Assembly (NCBI GenBank): GCA_951406725.2
Contig: OX597826.1
Coordinates: 25,544,001-25,608,000 of the forward strand
Direction: 5' to 3'
Source: Octopus vulgaris
Taxonomy: Eukaryota
Length of the DNA stretch: 64,000 bases
This document shows positions 14,018 through 27,428 of the stretch, piece by piece. Under the pieces are notes generated by a model. The model was not told the origin of the DNA, did no database searches, and saw only the letters and a list, made by a program, of their open reading frames with translations. Numbering within the stretch: position 1 is the stretch's first letter; each line of letters starts with the position of its first letter. Both the position numbers and the translations under genes were made by a program.

Positions 14018-14229
14018 TAAGGGTCGGGGAGCTTTTTAACCAAATACCCCAAATATATTTATTTATGCCGACGTTTCCCCCCTTGATTCGAAAGGAAGAA
14101 AACCATAGATAACAAGGAACACATTTTTGTTTTACATAACTTTGCTTATGTTTAATGATTCCTCATTACCCCTCAACAATTTCATTTTTACCTCACTTGG
14201 GGCAATTTACTCCGGTTCGCCGACCCCTA
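14018..14229. mobile_element. hAT-type MITE
   Basis: TIRs taagggtcggggagc / gttcgccgaccccta; 8-bp TSD-like atctagaa / gtctagaa. Confidence 0.7.
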
Positions 14230-14334
14230 GTCTAGAACAAGCTTCTTCTTTATGGTTCAGTCGGCTAGAAATAGAAACAAAATTTCCTTAGTTTTAGAAG
14301 AACGTATTAGATAACCACAAAGCCACACTCGAGT

Positions 14335-14620
14335 GGCTTTGTGGTTAGGTCATTCGGCTCACCGTCGTAAGGTGGTGAGTTCGGTTCCTGGCGGCGTGTT
14401 GTATCGTTGAGCAATGCCCTTTATTTCACGTTACCCAGTCCACTTAGCTGGCAAAAATGAGTTCTATCTGTAACTCAAAGGGCCAGCCTTGTCACATTCT
14501 GTGTCACGCTGAGTCACCCTGGGAACTACGATATGGGCGCGCGTGTCTGTGGAGCTCTCAACCGTTTTCCCGTTTATTTTCACGAGCAGCCTAAGACTCG
14601 TCGTAACCGACGAAATGCCA
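14335..14620 (+). mobile_element. Old tRNA-derived SINE
   Basis: gtggttagg...gagttcggttcc...ttgagcaa...ccagtccacttagctggcaaaaatgag. Confidence 0.6.
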
Positions 14621-14672
14621 GTATATATAATTATGTAATGGGATTATCACGACTGAAATGTTTTTCATTATA

Positions 14673-15097
14673 TAGGCGCAGGAGTGGCTGTGTGGTAAGT
14701 AGCTTGCTTACCAACCACATGGTTCCGGGTTCAGTTCCACTGCGTGGTACCTTGGGCAAGTGACTTCTACTATAGCCTCGAGCCGATCAAAGCCTTGTGA
14801 GTGGATTTGGTAGACGGAAACTGAAAGAAGCCTGTCGTATATATGTATATGTATATGTATATATATGTGTATGTGTGTATCTGTTTGTGTGCCTGTGTTT
14901 GTCCCCCCAACATCGATTGACAACCGATGCTGGTGTGTTTACGTCCCCGTAACTTAGCAGTTCGGCAAAGAGACCGATAGAAGAAGTACTTGGCTTACAA
15001 AGAATAAGTCCCGGAGGTCGATTTGCTCGACTAAAGGCGGTGCTCCAGCATGGCCGCAGTCAAATGACTGAAACAAGTAAAAGAGTAAAAAGAGTAT
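14673..15097 (+). mobile_element. SINE family A (reference copy)
   Basis: ggcgcaggagtggctgtgtggtaag (A box), ggttcagttcc (B box), CORE-like ccttgggcaagt, internal (TA/TG)n, (gtaaaaga)n tail. Confidence 0.9.
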
Positions 15098-15309
15098 ATG
15101 ACTGATCATTCGCGGATGATTTGGAACTAAACAACAACATGGATATTGTAACAACCTCTAACAAATAACTATAATTAGGTTAAACTTTCGTGTGCTATGA
15201 ACCAGAGGATTCGTACAACCTGATCTTAACCTGGTTTTGATAGAATATAGTTTTGGCAGTGTATGAGCCATTTGAAGTAAAGTTTGTTATTTCTTGATGT
15301 CGATATATT

Positions 15310-15523
15310 GGCTTGGAATTTTGAAATAAGGCCAGCAATTTCGGGGGAGGGGGTAAGTTGATTACAGCAACCCCAGTGCTCAGCTGGTATTTATTTTATC
15401 GACTCTGAAAGGATGAAAGGCAAAAATCGACCTCGGTGGAATTTGAACTCATAACATAAAGACGGACGAAATGCTGCTCATCATTTTTCTCGGCATGTTA
15501 ACGATTCTGCCAGCTCGCCGCCT
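15310..15523 (-). mobile_element. SINE family B
   Basis: tcgactctgaaaggatgaaaggc...gaatttgaactc...tctgccagctcgccgcc. Confidence 0.8.
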
Positions 15524-15624
15524 TCTTGATGTAGTCATTTGTTTCTAATTTAAAACAAACATCAGAAAGTGATCGCATACTATTTAGTATTACTATGGTT
15601 ACTTCACGTTACTCGGCAAGGAGC

Positions 15625-15841
15625 ATAAGGTCAGTTTCCTGGTTTCAGTGGTGTATATGTTCCCCTCCCGCTGGATGGGATGCCAGTCTCTCGCAAGATT
15701 AATCATTTTTACCAGTTGACTCGAGCAACGAGAAATTAAATATTTTATTCAAGAACACAACGCATCACCCGGTCCAAGAATCGAAATCACCATCTTATAA
15801 TCATGAGTCCAACACCCTAGCCACTAAGCCACGAGCCTCCA
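15625..15841 (-). mobile_element. Old tRNA-derived SINE
   Basis: ccactaagccacgagcctcc head on minus strand; aatcgaaa B-box reverse. Confidence 0.6.
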
Positions 15842-16446
15842 TTTACTCTTACTATGGCGAAAGTGAACCTTTAGGAAACCATCCTCAAAGAGGTCCCTTT
15901 TTCCCTGTTGTCATTCTCATGCTTTCAACCAGAAGGGAATATAAGATTCGAATTTTGGCACAAGACCGGATAGTTCGGGCGATGGGGTAAGTCTATCACA
16001 TCAAACCTAATGTTCAATTGGTACTTATTTCATTGATCTCAAAAGGATGAAAGGCAAAGTCAACCGCGGCAGAATTTTAATTCAGGCGGAGTGCTAACGA
16101 TTCTGCCAGCTCGTCGCCTAATTGAAAATAAATATTGTCGAATCAGTGGCTTATCTGAACTTGAACGCAAAGAGTCTTGAACTATTCCATCTTCCTGTAT
16201 CCCTGTATTGACATCAGATGTAAAGGTTAAGTTCCTGTTACCAAACAATGTCGGTCTATTGACCTAAAACTTATATTTTTGTCCAAATAGACCAAGATTT
16301 GGTAATTGTTTATCAGAACTAACCATAGAATCAGTAATCAGGTTATCTTGAGAATCTTCATTATTACTACGAACAGGGTCTTTTGTCTTTCCATTTTCAA
16401 TATATATATATATGAAAAATAGTGTACATTTATACATTTATATGTA

Positions 16447-16525
<79 letters not shown>

Positions 16526-16729
16526 ATATATATATATATATGTATACGTATACATACATATGTATACAAATATGTGTGTATGTGTATTTATACATGTGCA
16601 AAGAAACTCGCCGAAAACACACGCATACACACACAAACACACACACATATTCATAGAGAGAATGCGAGAGAGACAGTAAGAGATAGTGAGAGAAAAGGAG
16701 AAGGAAGAGGTGGGAGAGATAGAGATAGA

Positions 16730-16760
<31 letters not shown>

Positions 16761-17504
16761 CAGGAATGGTAATGAGTTTATTTCTGTTGACATATGTAAA
16801 ATATGGTTATTTATTATCCTCATATTGTATTTATGGGACATTTTCATATTGCCTTCTCCTTTGTTCTCTAATAACCAACATCAAATTGGAAAACTATAAA
16901 ATGATAGAGATGGTGGTAATGATGGCGGTGATGATGATGGTGGTGGTGGAGGTGGAAGAGTTCTTAGTGATGATAATTGCTAATGTGGTAAACCGTTGTT
17001 GTTGCTGTTGTTATTCGTTAGCACTGGACATTATTTCCACTTAGTTCCGCTTGACCAAATTTATGCTAATAACGTAATTAATTTAACGAAACAGAAATAA
17101 CAGTATTTGAAACAATGGCTAATCCTACTCACTGGTGCGATACAGAGGGCTCGACCGATCATTAATTGATCAATCGAATGATCTTTTCTTGATGTAACAA
17201 TTACTGATTAGTTCTATTGATGTTTCTCAATTAAAAGAAAATTTGCCCCCCTATTTTCGTGATATCTTGACTAACCGACGGGATGTAGAAATAAAGACGA
17301 GAAACAACCATGACGCATGAAGCAACGGATTAGAACTCACGACCCATGAGCAGAGAGTTTAATATGATATCCCACCCGTTCGTCCATTTTGTATTCTTGA
17401 GCAAAACATACAGTTAGTTGGGTTTTGGTGCACCCCATTTTGTTGGTGATTCCTTGACCCTGTATAAATTTCTGTTGTATATAATCTATATTTCTACACA
17501 CAGA

Positions 17505-17928
17505 TAATGTGTGGTGGTAAAAAGTTTGCTTCCCAACCACATGGTTGCGGGTTCAGTCCCATCGTTTGGCAAATTGGGCAAGTGTCTTCTGCTATAGCCT
17601 CGGGCCGACCAAAGCTTAACGGCTGAATTTGCTACATGGAAACTGAAAGAAACCCGCCGTATATATATATATATATATATACGGCGGGCGGGTATATATA
17701 TATATAAGTGCGTGCGTGTGTGTGTGTGTCTTTGTTTCTGTGTTTGTCCCTCACCACCGATTGACAACCGCTGTTGGTGTGTTTGCGACCCAGTAACGTA
17801 GCGGTTCGGTAAAAGAGAATAATAGAATAAGTATCAAGCTTAAAAAAAAGTACTGGGGTCGATTTATTTGACTAAACATTCTTCAAGGTAATGCTCCAGC
17901 AAGGACGCAGTCTAAAGATTGTAACAAA
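17505..17928 (+). mobile_element. SINE family A with Helitron inserted in its tail
   Basis: ggtaaaaagtttgcttcccaaccacatgg...ttgggcaagtgtc...ttgacaaccg. Confidence 0.8.
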
Positions 17929-18325
17929 TCTTTATATATAAAAGTGAAGTTGTGTGTCTGTCTCCTACGATTTAGATTCCTAACTACTCCCACATTTTGC
18001 GGTGCAGTTTAACCAAAAGCGGATATCTTATAGTCGTGATTCATATCGAGCCCTTCTGGGTATTAGCGCGCGTCTACGATGAGTCTACGATTTAAAAAAT
18101 AATTTACCATCATTTTTTTCCATTTAATGCATTTTTTCGCTATTATATAAGGGAAGTAACTCTCTAAAAATGTCTACGATGAGTCAACGATTTAAAAAAA
18201 AATTTACCATCATTTTTTTTTCCATTTTTAATGCATTTTTTTGCTATTTTTTGGCTATAACTCTCTAAAAATGCTTTATAGTTATTTCCCTTACAAACCC
18301 GAGCAACGCCGGGCGATACTGCTAG
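17929..18325 (+). mobile_element. Non-autonomous Helitron
   Basis: 5' TC, 3' hairpin cccgagcaacgccggg plus CTAG, inserted between A and T without TSD; internal direct duplication (gtctacgatgagtc...aatttaccatc). Confidence 0.9.
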
Positions 18326-18819
18326 TAAAGGATAAAAGACCAGCTGGGATAAAAATGTAATACCGAAGCGGACTGACAGGACTGGGTTTGAACTTAGTAA
18401 TTAATCAACTCTGTTGACTACAGCTCAGGGAGTTACCATCTGTGCCACCCTCACAAAGCTCGGAACGAGTTTACAATAAATCTGTATTAAGATAATAGTT
18501 ATACTAATGGTTTCCAAATATTGCACAAGGCCAGAAATTTTAGGGAGTGGAGTTCGTTGCGTGATTATATATTTGCACACTTTCGAAATAACTAAGGATT
18601 GAAGTTTCGCTTTCATATTATGTATTTGAGAAGATTAATAACGTTCGTTGATTAATTATCATGAGGCGTGTTCAGGCAACCATTTGAATGTAACAAATCA
18701 AATCTATGTAAGTTTCTCCTGCGTAGCTTTGTAAGAGAGCTTTCTCGAAATGTACGATAGAGCGTATCTATCTATAGATTTATTAATCAACACTATGAAT
18801 TATGCTAACTGTAAACAAT

Positions 18820-19240
18820 CGGCACAGGAGTGGCTGTGTGGTAAATAGCTTGCTTACCAACCACATGGTTCCGGGTTCAGTCCCACTCAGTGGCACCTTG
18901 GGCAACTGTCTTCTACTATAGCCTCGGGCTGACCAAAGCCTTGTAAGTGGATTTGGTAGACGGAAACTGAAAGAAGCCCATCGTATATATGTATATATAT
19001 ATATGTATGTATGTGTGTATATGTTTGTGCGTCTGTGTTTGTCCCCCCCCCCAACATCACTTGACAACCGATGCTGGTGTGTTTACGTCCCAGTAACTTA
19101 GCGGTTCGGCAAAGAGACCGATAGAAGAAGTACTTGGCTTACAAAGAATAAGTCCCGGGGGTCGATTTGCTCGACTAAAGGCGGTGCTCCAGCATGGCTA
19201 CAGTCAAATGACTGAAACAAGTAAAAGAGTAAAAGAGTAA
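18820..19240 (+). mobile_element. SINE family A
   Basis: Near-identical to 14673-15097. Confidence 0.9.
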
Positions 19241-19255
19241 ACCATCTGTACAATA

Positions 19256-19469
19256 CATAGAGGTGGAGCTGAAAAGTTTCTGGCGTTAAGAGTATTACGA
19301 AAGGCCTGGTTGGTGGCCCAACTTTCAAGTTCTTTTACAGAGCTTAGAAAAACCGAAGGAGTACTGCGCTAAGTGCGTGAATCTGAGAGGGGAATATGTT
19401 CAATAAAATCATGACTGATCTTCCCGTATTTTCTTTTATCCAAAGCCAGGACTCTTTCTGTACCCCTCG
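19256..19469 (+). mobile_element. Mariner-derived MITE
   Basis: Degenerate TIRs ending cccctcg|ta; retains transposase C-terminus KCVNLRGEYVQ*. Confidence 0.6.
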
Positions 19470-19714
19470 TATGTGCGAACAGAAAAGTTGGAAACATCTA
19501 TATATCCGTTTCAACCCTTTTTGAAGTCTTCGTCAGCGGCCGTTAGCCATATACAAACACATTCATTACTTATAAAATCGTTGCGTTACGAAATTTCATC
19601 AGCAGCAGATGTCATCGCTGCTGTAGACCAAGGGCAGGCCTTGTACGGCACACACGAGCATGCAGAGATGGTTATTGAACAAGAACAGTCAACGTCGACC
19701 TACGACGAACAGCC

Positions 19715-19864
19715 GAAGAAGAAGAAGAAGAAGAAGAAGAAGAAGAAGAAGAAGAAGAAGAAGAAGAAGAAGAAGAAGAAGAAGAAGAAGAAGAAGAAGA
19801 AGAAGAAGAAGAAGAAGAAGAAGAAGAAGAAGAAGAAGAAGAAGAAGCAGCAGCAGCAGCAGCT
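19715..19864. repeat. (GAA)n(GCA)n trinucleotide repeat
   Basis: Direct reading. Confidence 0.95.
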
Positions 19865-20198
19865 CATAAAACTACAAATATTAATGCTTAAAGTAAATAA
19901 CAGCGAGATCAATTTGCATATTTAGCAGCGAGATTATAGATTAAATTGCTGAACTGTTAATAGTGTTTCGATCCGTTGTTATAATGTATTATAGAATAAA
20001 CCGAGCTATTTTAGCCGACATTGTGTTGCTGAGAATAGGAAAATAGATTTTCTTGGAAAAATGATAATGAGGATGTTTCACCATTGATTAAAAAGGTCAA
20101 GTAATTAAGTGTTTATTTTAATCACTCTAATGCATAGATTAAATAGATATTTACGTAACAAACCACAGACAACACGTGATAATTACTTTCATATAAGC

Positions 20199-20242
<44 letters not shown>

Positions 20243-20376
20243 GTCCTATATACAAGACTATATATATATATAGTCTCGCCCATATAAGGATTTATAGGAT
20301 GAAACTCATACGATATTGTTTAGTTTTAGTTCTCTGTCTTACAAACATCAACAGTAACAATATCAAGCACAACAGA

Positions 20377-20390
20377 TGCTGCTGCTGCTG

Positions 20391-20449
<59 letters not shown>

Positions 20450-20471
20450 GCTGTTGCTACTGCTGCTGCTG

Positions 20472-20505
<34 letters not shown>

Positions 20506-20506
20506 A
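20377..20506. repeat. (CTG)n/(CTA)n trinucleotide repeats
   Basis: Direct reading. Confidence 0.95.
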
Positions 20507-20702
20507 TGCTTGGAAGTATTGTTTCTTATCGGTGCTCGGATGTTTGGCCAGGGCCTCTAAAGAATGGCTTGATTCCTTATACGGAAACAATTTTCGGTTC
20601 TACTGATGGGGAAAAGCATAGGTGTAGAGTTATTTGTGACAGTCTTAGCTGTGTGTGTGTGGTAATGATGAAAATTGTATTAAAATATATTTTATGTAGG
20701 AT

Positions 20703-20996
20703 CAGGTACAGTTGTGTGGTTAAGAAACTAGCTTTGCGTTTCAGGTTCAGTCCCACTGCACGCAACACCTTGGGCTTCTACTATACGCCTGGACCGACCA
20801 ATGCTTTGTGAGTGAATTTAGATATGTGTGTGGTGTGTACGTTTGTGTACGTTTGTGTGCGTATGTGTGTCTGTGTGAATATTTGTGTGTGTGTGTGTCT
20901 GTGAATGTTTATGTGGGTCAGTGTTTGTCCCCCTTCCTGGACGCGTCACAATGTGTTGGTTTGTTTACGTCTCCGTAACTAGCGGTTTGGCAAAAG
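20703..20996 (+). mobile_element. SINE family A, diverged
   Basis: ggttcagtcccactgc...ccgaccaatgctttgtgagtg...gtttacgtctccgtaac. Confidence 0.7.
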
Positions 20997-21064
20997 TGTG
21001 CTAACGATTCTGCCAGCTCGCCGCCCGAATAACAATAACAATAATAATAATAATAATAATAATG

Positions 21065-21455
21065 CTTTCTAGTATAGGCACAAGGCCTGGATTTTTGTGA
21101 GGAGGAGATAATTGATCACGTTGACCCCAGTACTTGACTGGTACTGAATTTATCGACTCCGAAAAGATGAAAGACAAAGTCGACCTCGTCGGAATTTGAA
21201 CTCAGAATGTAGCGACGGGAGAAATACCTATTTCTTTACTACCCACAAGGGGCTAAATACAGAAGGGACAAACAAGGACAGACAAACGGATTAAGTCGAT
21301 TATATCGACCCCAGTGCGTAACTGGTACTTATTTAATCGACCCCGAAAGGATGAAAGGCAAAGTCGACCTCGTCGGAATTTGGACTCAGAACTTAGCGAC
21401 GGGAGAAATACGGCTAAGCATTTCGTCCAACGTGTTAAAGATCCTGACAGCTCAC
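21065..21455 (-). mobile_element. Nested SINE family B pair
   Basis: Two gaaaggatgaaaggcaaagtcgacc-type blocks separated by the tail junction gaaatacc|tatttctttac. Confidence 0.85.
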
Positions 21456-21468
21456 AATAATAATAATC

Positions 21469-21830
21469 ACGAAAAGCAAAGTTGCTTGCTAATTAATCCA
21501 TCATGTCCGTTTGATTCCAGGATTGTAAAGAAAGAAGGCATAAAACAAAATAACTCCCTCCCCACAAAATACAATCCTTTAAAATTTGCAATTTCAAGAA
21601 TTTGGAATATGGAAGATGTAAATTTCGTACCTATAATAATTGGTGCATTGGAAACTGTAAGCCAAAATACAGACAAATGGTTGAAGGAGATTAGAAAAGA
21701 ATGTCCTGTAGAGCTTCCATCAGAAGGGTTCTAAGCACTTGTAAGACCAATGAAAGCAAGTGGATACCTAATGTTACGGATACTGACCCGCTACCCACAT
21801 AAATTCTACCAGGGATCAATAGTAATAAAA
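21469..21830 (+). mobile_element. 3' fragment of an R4/Dong-type non-LTR retrotransposon (restriction-like endonuclease)
   Basis: CLLINPSCPFD..KE..K..KYNPL....RIWNM....VPIIIGALETV matches the REL C-terminus; sits next to (AAT)n, the known Dong/R4-type target. Confidence 0.7.
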
Positions 21831-22591
21831 ATAAAACTCAGAGGTTTTATGCTATTAAAAACAGCCTTCGAAACTCCATTATCCGTCTTGAGAATGTATC
21901 TCATGCAAACGTTAAAAAACAGAAAAATATCAGCGCCAGGCAAAGTTCATCCAACTCTAGTCGTGAAATTGCTGGATCTAGGTTTCCTATTAACTGCAAG
22001 AAATATCCATATCACCTCATGTCAAGCAAATATATTAGCGTGGATACCATAGTTTAAAAGGCTCTGAATATTGTACGCAATATTGAGAGCTAGCAGAATC
22101 GTTCATGTTGATATTGTTAAAAGATTCAATGAAAGAGCTTTGGAGATCTATGTTAGAAACCGGCTCATTTTCTATTGGCAAGAAATCTTTAAATATAGGT
22201 GAATATCACACATAGCTGCATAAGTATACAACCGAAATGTTATTGACCTGGGGAAGACTATTGACTAACGAAATGTGTTCATCCATATTTGTTTTTGTCC
22301 TACTTTTAATTGTTGTGTGTGTGTGTACAAACACATACACACATTGCGACACACATTTGTCATAATGGCCCACAATTAGTTACTCGCGTATATACCGGAG
22401 TGGGATGGGTGTATATACTAAAATTTAACTGAACATACACAATACTCCAGTCACAAAGACCTCTCACCATGTTTTTTAACAACTCTATCCCGGGGCATGG
22501 AAACCTTTCATTGACTTCATTCGTTTGAACTCATTTCTTTTTTATGATCCACACACATATCTTCCTTTCTTACTTTCCCTCCTCCCTCACT

Positions 22592-22635
<44 letters not shown>

Positions 22636-23479
22636 TCCTTCTTTCTTTCTTTCTTTCTTTCCTTCTTTCCTTCTTTCTTTCCTTTCCTTTCCTTTCTTTT
22701 TTACTGAAGACATTGACCAGAAGATGTTCTGATTGGGCATTGACCTAATCGATGTAATTAACAAGTCATAGTAGACTTGCAAAAATGCTAGTTACTCCAA
22801 CCTTCTCCCCCTCCTCTCCTCCCTTTTTCGCTTTTGTCCACACCTTCTCTTCTTCCCCTTCCTCCTCCTCGTCCTCGACCTCGTCATCCTCCTCCTTCAC
22901 ATTCTTCCTCGTCTTTGTCCACCTTTTCTCCTTCTCTCCTTTTCTTCTCCTACTCTCTCCCTTTATCCCCTCTCCACCCCGTTCCTGTCGACGCCGCTAC
23001 TGCTGACACCGATCAAACTGTCTTCGTCGTTCTTGTTCTTCGTCTGATGATGATGATGATGATGATGGTGACGGTGATGATGATGACTGCTACTGCTTAT
23101 CAACTCCAGAAGAACGAAACGCAAAATTGAGCTTGGTGACATTTGAACTCCAAGTGCAGACAATCGGAACTACGACCTTGAGACATTCTGTCCGACGCTA
23201 AAAGGGTTGCACCAATTCGCTCCAACTTTGCTCAAGACTTACCAGCTGTGACCACCTCGTTTATTTCCCCACCTCACCATAGATATTGTGTCTAGAGCAG
23301 CATTATACAATGTGTCTTTCCATTAATTCGGTTTGGCATGAGACCTAGGACTCACAAGGGTCGAATTGGTTCCTATGGCATGTAAGTGGCTGAGAGTACA
23401 TGCCCACTTCCCAGCTGTTTGTTGGAACTTATTTACAGCTGAGTAGACTGAAGAAACATGAAATGAAGTGTTTTTACCT

Positions 23480-23952
23480 CTTATCTTTAATTCTTTCACT
23501 CATTAGACTGCGGCCATGCTGGGGCACCGCCATGGTGAATTTGGTCAAACAAATTGACTCCAGCACTTGTTATTGTTACTTTTTTTTGAAAGCTTTGTAC
23601 GTATTCTGTCCGTCTATTTTTGCCAAACCGCTAAGTTACGTGGATGTAAACAAACAAACACCGGTTGTCAAGCGGTGGTAAGGGACAATCACAGGCACAA
23701 AGAGACACGCACAATATACACACGTACACACAACATAAACATACACACACATACATACACACACACACACATACATACACATACATACATACATACATAC
23801 ATACATACATACATACATACATACATACATACATACACATATATTTATGACGGGCTTCTTTCAGTTTCTGTCTTTGGTTGGCCCGGGGCTATAGTGGAAG
23901 ACATTTACTTCAAGGTGTCATGCAGCGGGACTGAACCCGAAACCATGTGGTT
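23480..23952 (-). mobile_element. SINE family A
   Basis: ctgcggccatgctgggg...aaccgctaagttacg...gggactgaacccgaaaccatgtgg. Confidence 0.8.
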
Positions 23953-23999
23953 TCAGGAACTGAAACCAAGATCTTACGATCAATATCTTAACCAATAAG

Positions 24000-24262
24000 C
24001 TACATGAGCCCTGGAAACTCATAAGGCGGGAGCTTAATCCGATTTTCATAGCGAATAAGGGACTAAGATTACGAAACTCTCCGCCTGAAATGGGACGCCG
24101 GTCCGTAACAGGGTTAATTACCCAGCTATGACTGGAACCCGTTTGCTGTTGAGTATGAAATGAAGTGCTCAAGAAAACAACACACTATCTAGTCTGGGAA
24201 TCGAAACCACGATCTTGGGAATGTGAGTGCAACACCCTATCCACTAAGCTACGCGCTTTCAC
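24000..24262 (-). mobile_element. Old tRNA-derived SINE (similar to 15625-15841)
   Basis: tgctcaagaaaacaacac...ggaatcgaaaccacgatc...ccactaagctacgcg. Confidence 0.55.
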
Positions 24263-24364
24263 ATTAAATAGGAAAATACGGTTGTCTATGATCTGTAGGG
24301 TTGCGATTTCTAGCATGTAGGCCGACTACATAAAAGCTATTTCTCTGGCTAGCTGCATATAATA

Positions 24365-24922
24365 TTGAGTTGTCTGGAAAGTCGGTGCTGATTTTTGAAG
24401 GAAAGAAGAAAATTCAATAAATACTTGCCATTACATTTTTAATCAACCAAATATGAACCATTTTGTTGCACAATGCGTCTCCATCTTTCCTTTAACTTGA
24501 AAATACCCTCTTCCTAGAATTTCGGTGGTTTCATGGCAAAGAATTCATCAAGGTATCTTTTTACGTCATGCAAGGAATTGAAATTTTTACCATTAAGACT
24601 ATTCTGCAGAGACCTGATCTCCGAAGGAGCAATATCTGGTGAATATGGAGAGTGGGGTAACTCATTCCAGCCGAGCTGCAGCAATTTTTGTCTGGTTCCC
24701 AAAGCATCAAGTGCCGAAAATGAACTTTCTTATCTTCCATTTTAAAGGGTTACAGAATTAACACAGATTATAGAAACATAAACCTTCTTCCACGAAAAGA
24801 TAGCTTAAACTGTGCTCTAAATGGAGGTGTAGTCAAGTCGTATTTTATGGAAGCAACCATATTGTAAAATAAGTCGAAAGGTAAGCTACTATAAATCGGC
24901 ACGAACTTTCCGGACAACCCAA
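24365..24922 (-). mobile_element. Internally deleted mariner transposon
   Basis: TIRs ttgagttgtctggaaagt / actttccggacaacccaa with TA TSD; ORF remnant LPHSPYSPDIAPS...SLQNSLNGKNF. Confidence 0.9.
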
Positions 24923-25821
24923 TATTTTTCTGCAGGATGAAGTGCGGGAGTGATACAGTGATTAGAACATACTCCATATACAATACAGATATTTCATTAT
25001 AAATGTTTACAGTCTGGATCTACATGAGATGGTAATTTTATCGATGTTAGCGTATCGATTCGATATATATATATATATATTTATGCTGGAAAAGAGAATA
25101 GTTTGGCTCAATGCTTTTAGAAATGGAAAAGATTTAATTAATAGCAAAGAAAATAAACATTTATTTTTGATTAGGAAATACGGCACTTAATGTTTGTCTG
25201 GCGAAGTGAAGAGAAAATTGAATGTTGTATGTTGTGATGTTTATTTCTATTTCACAAATTTCTCAAGCTAAACTTTATTACATGTCTCTCGCTCGACCTA
25301 GAAAACAAATAATATTTAATCAGAAAGCTATGATTTCCAAGAGAGAGGAATAAGATTCCGAGACAATAATCTCTTTCTCAAAGATGTTATCATAATGAAA
25401 TATAATGGCTACAATCTGATATCGAGAACAGTTCACGCACGGTTTACCTTGTATGTTGTCCGCTTCTAATGAAAAATATGTTTATTTCCTTCGCTGTTAA
25501 TTAAATCTTCGCAATTTCTAAAAGTATTGCATCAAGCCATTTTATTCTCCAGCAAATATATTTCTAATCGATATTTTGTCGTCGATAAACTCATGATCTG
25601 TTGTAGACCCCAGACGTTATACTTTAGATTTTAATCTCACTACTTTACCATACACACCAGGAATCGAAATGCTGAAAATATCAAAAGGAGTCAGCAAAGG
25701 AATCTATGAATTAATAAGGAACCGTCTTACAAGGTTGCTTTGACTTGTAAAAAATAGTACCCAAATCGAACTCAAGTCACTATTTCATTCTGTTAGAATA
25801 GAATTATTGGATATGTGGAAC

Positions 25822-25902
<81 letters not shown>

Positions 25903-26687
25903 TATGTCTGAGAATAAAAATAGAAATGGATGGGGTAGCCATCCATTATCATAGGTTTATTCAATTTAGAATGGCCTGGGGATAAACTTGTTATTAATTT
26001 CTATCAATGGCATCTTGCAATGTTGGCTTATGGTTCTTTGTTTTGTAATTATGTGGTAATATATACCCCGGGAAACCTCGCGCCATGTATCATTTAATAA
26101 TGTCGCAACCATGTTGAGGCTCATCTTCAGAGTATGAGACATTTCGGTACAGCCGTTTTGGCGTCGCTGATTCAAAACAGACATTTTTTAATGTATCTTT
26201 GGTTCTCCCCCGACCCCCTTTCTTTGTGTTAATCTAAGTGATAATATTCCTCCTTATGTGTATTAGAAGAAAGTGTCTATGTCAATTATATTCAGTTAAA
26301 ATGAAATTGTAAAGTCCCTTCCTCTGTCTGTCTGTCTGTCTGTCTGTATCGCTTCCTCACTTTATTTTTTAATGTATATAATTTGCACACACATGCTTGT
26401 GTTTGCGTCTAGTGCCAAGAAGAACTGTCGCCAAAACAGGTTCAATGCATAATCGACCATGCCAAGGCGCCACCGTCCAAACTGCCGCGTCCAATCGTGC
26501 CATTTTGTACTCTTCGTGTCAAACATCTTCATAAGTTCTACTTTCAGATCGACCACGAAGAAGCAATGTGTAAGGGGCTGGAGCTTCTGTTTTCTTCTGA
26601 GCTAATCAGGCGCCATTCAACCTCCCCACCCCACCTTTACCCAACAAAAACTGGAGAAAGAGGTTTATTGAAAATATAAGCAGTATC

Positions 26688-26759
<72 letters not shown>

Positions 26760-26760
26760 T

Positions 26761-26820
<60 letters not shown>

Positions 26821-27340
26821 AGAGAGAGAGAGAGAGAGAGAGAGAAAGTGTCTCCTTGAAATATTGCTCGAAATTCACTCTTGCCACACTGTAACCTACA
26901 GGTAAAAATAGATTGTATTTATCTTCAGGTTGGTGTCTTACGGCGAAGTCAAGTTGTCTGTGGAATTGATGATAGTTTCTACTACTTTCAGCATGTCAAA
27001 AGGCCTCAAGAACTCTTAAGGGAAGAACGGAATCATATTCCTTTTTTCTTTTTTTTGTCTAACTTTGCCAAATTATGGCCAACTTCCTTCCATTCCACCG
27101 CACATCTGACATCACAGTTTTGCTAATTAAGAATTGGTCTCTACTTCCCAAAATACGTTTCTGTCTCCAGCTGCTTGTTCAGCTGTGATGATATTATTGC
27201 TGTCACAGTGTCCCTGGAGGAATACATTCAGACAGACTGTACATACATACATACACACATGCATGCATGTATACGTACACACATACATACATACATACAT
27301 ACATACATACATGTATACATACATACTTATGCACATACTG

Positions 27341-27382
27341 GATTTCACGCAGGCGGCCTGGGTTCGATTCCCGGAATGGAAA
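27341..27382 (+). pseudogene. tRNA 3'-half fragment (Glu/TTC-like)
   Basis: tttcacgcaggcggcctgggttcgattcccgg: TTC anticodon-like loop and intact T arm; no D arm or acceptor stem. Confidence 0.4.
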
Positions 27383-27428
27383 CGCTTATTAGTCGCAGGC
27401 AAAGCTGTGTGGTAAGAAGCTAGCTTCC

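Noticed and set aside
16130-16400. Coding-looking minus-strand stretch
   Set aside because: Interrupted frame and no recognisable domain
21830-22075. Coding-looking plus-strand stretch
   Set aside because: Internal stop; similarity too weak to name
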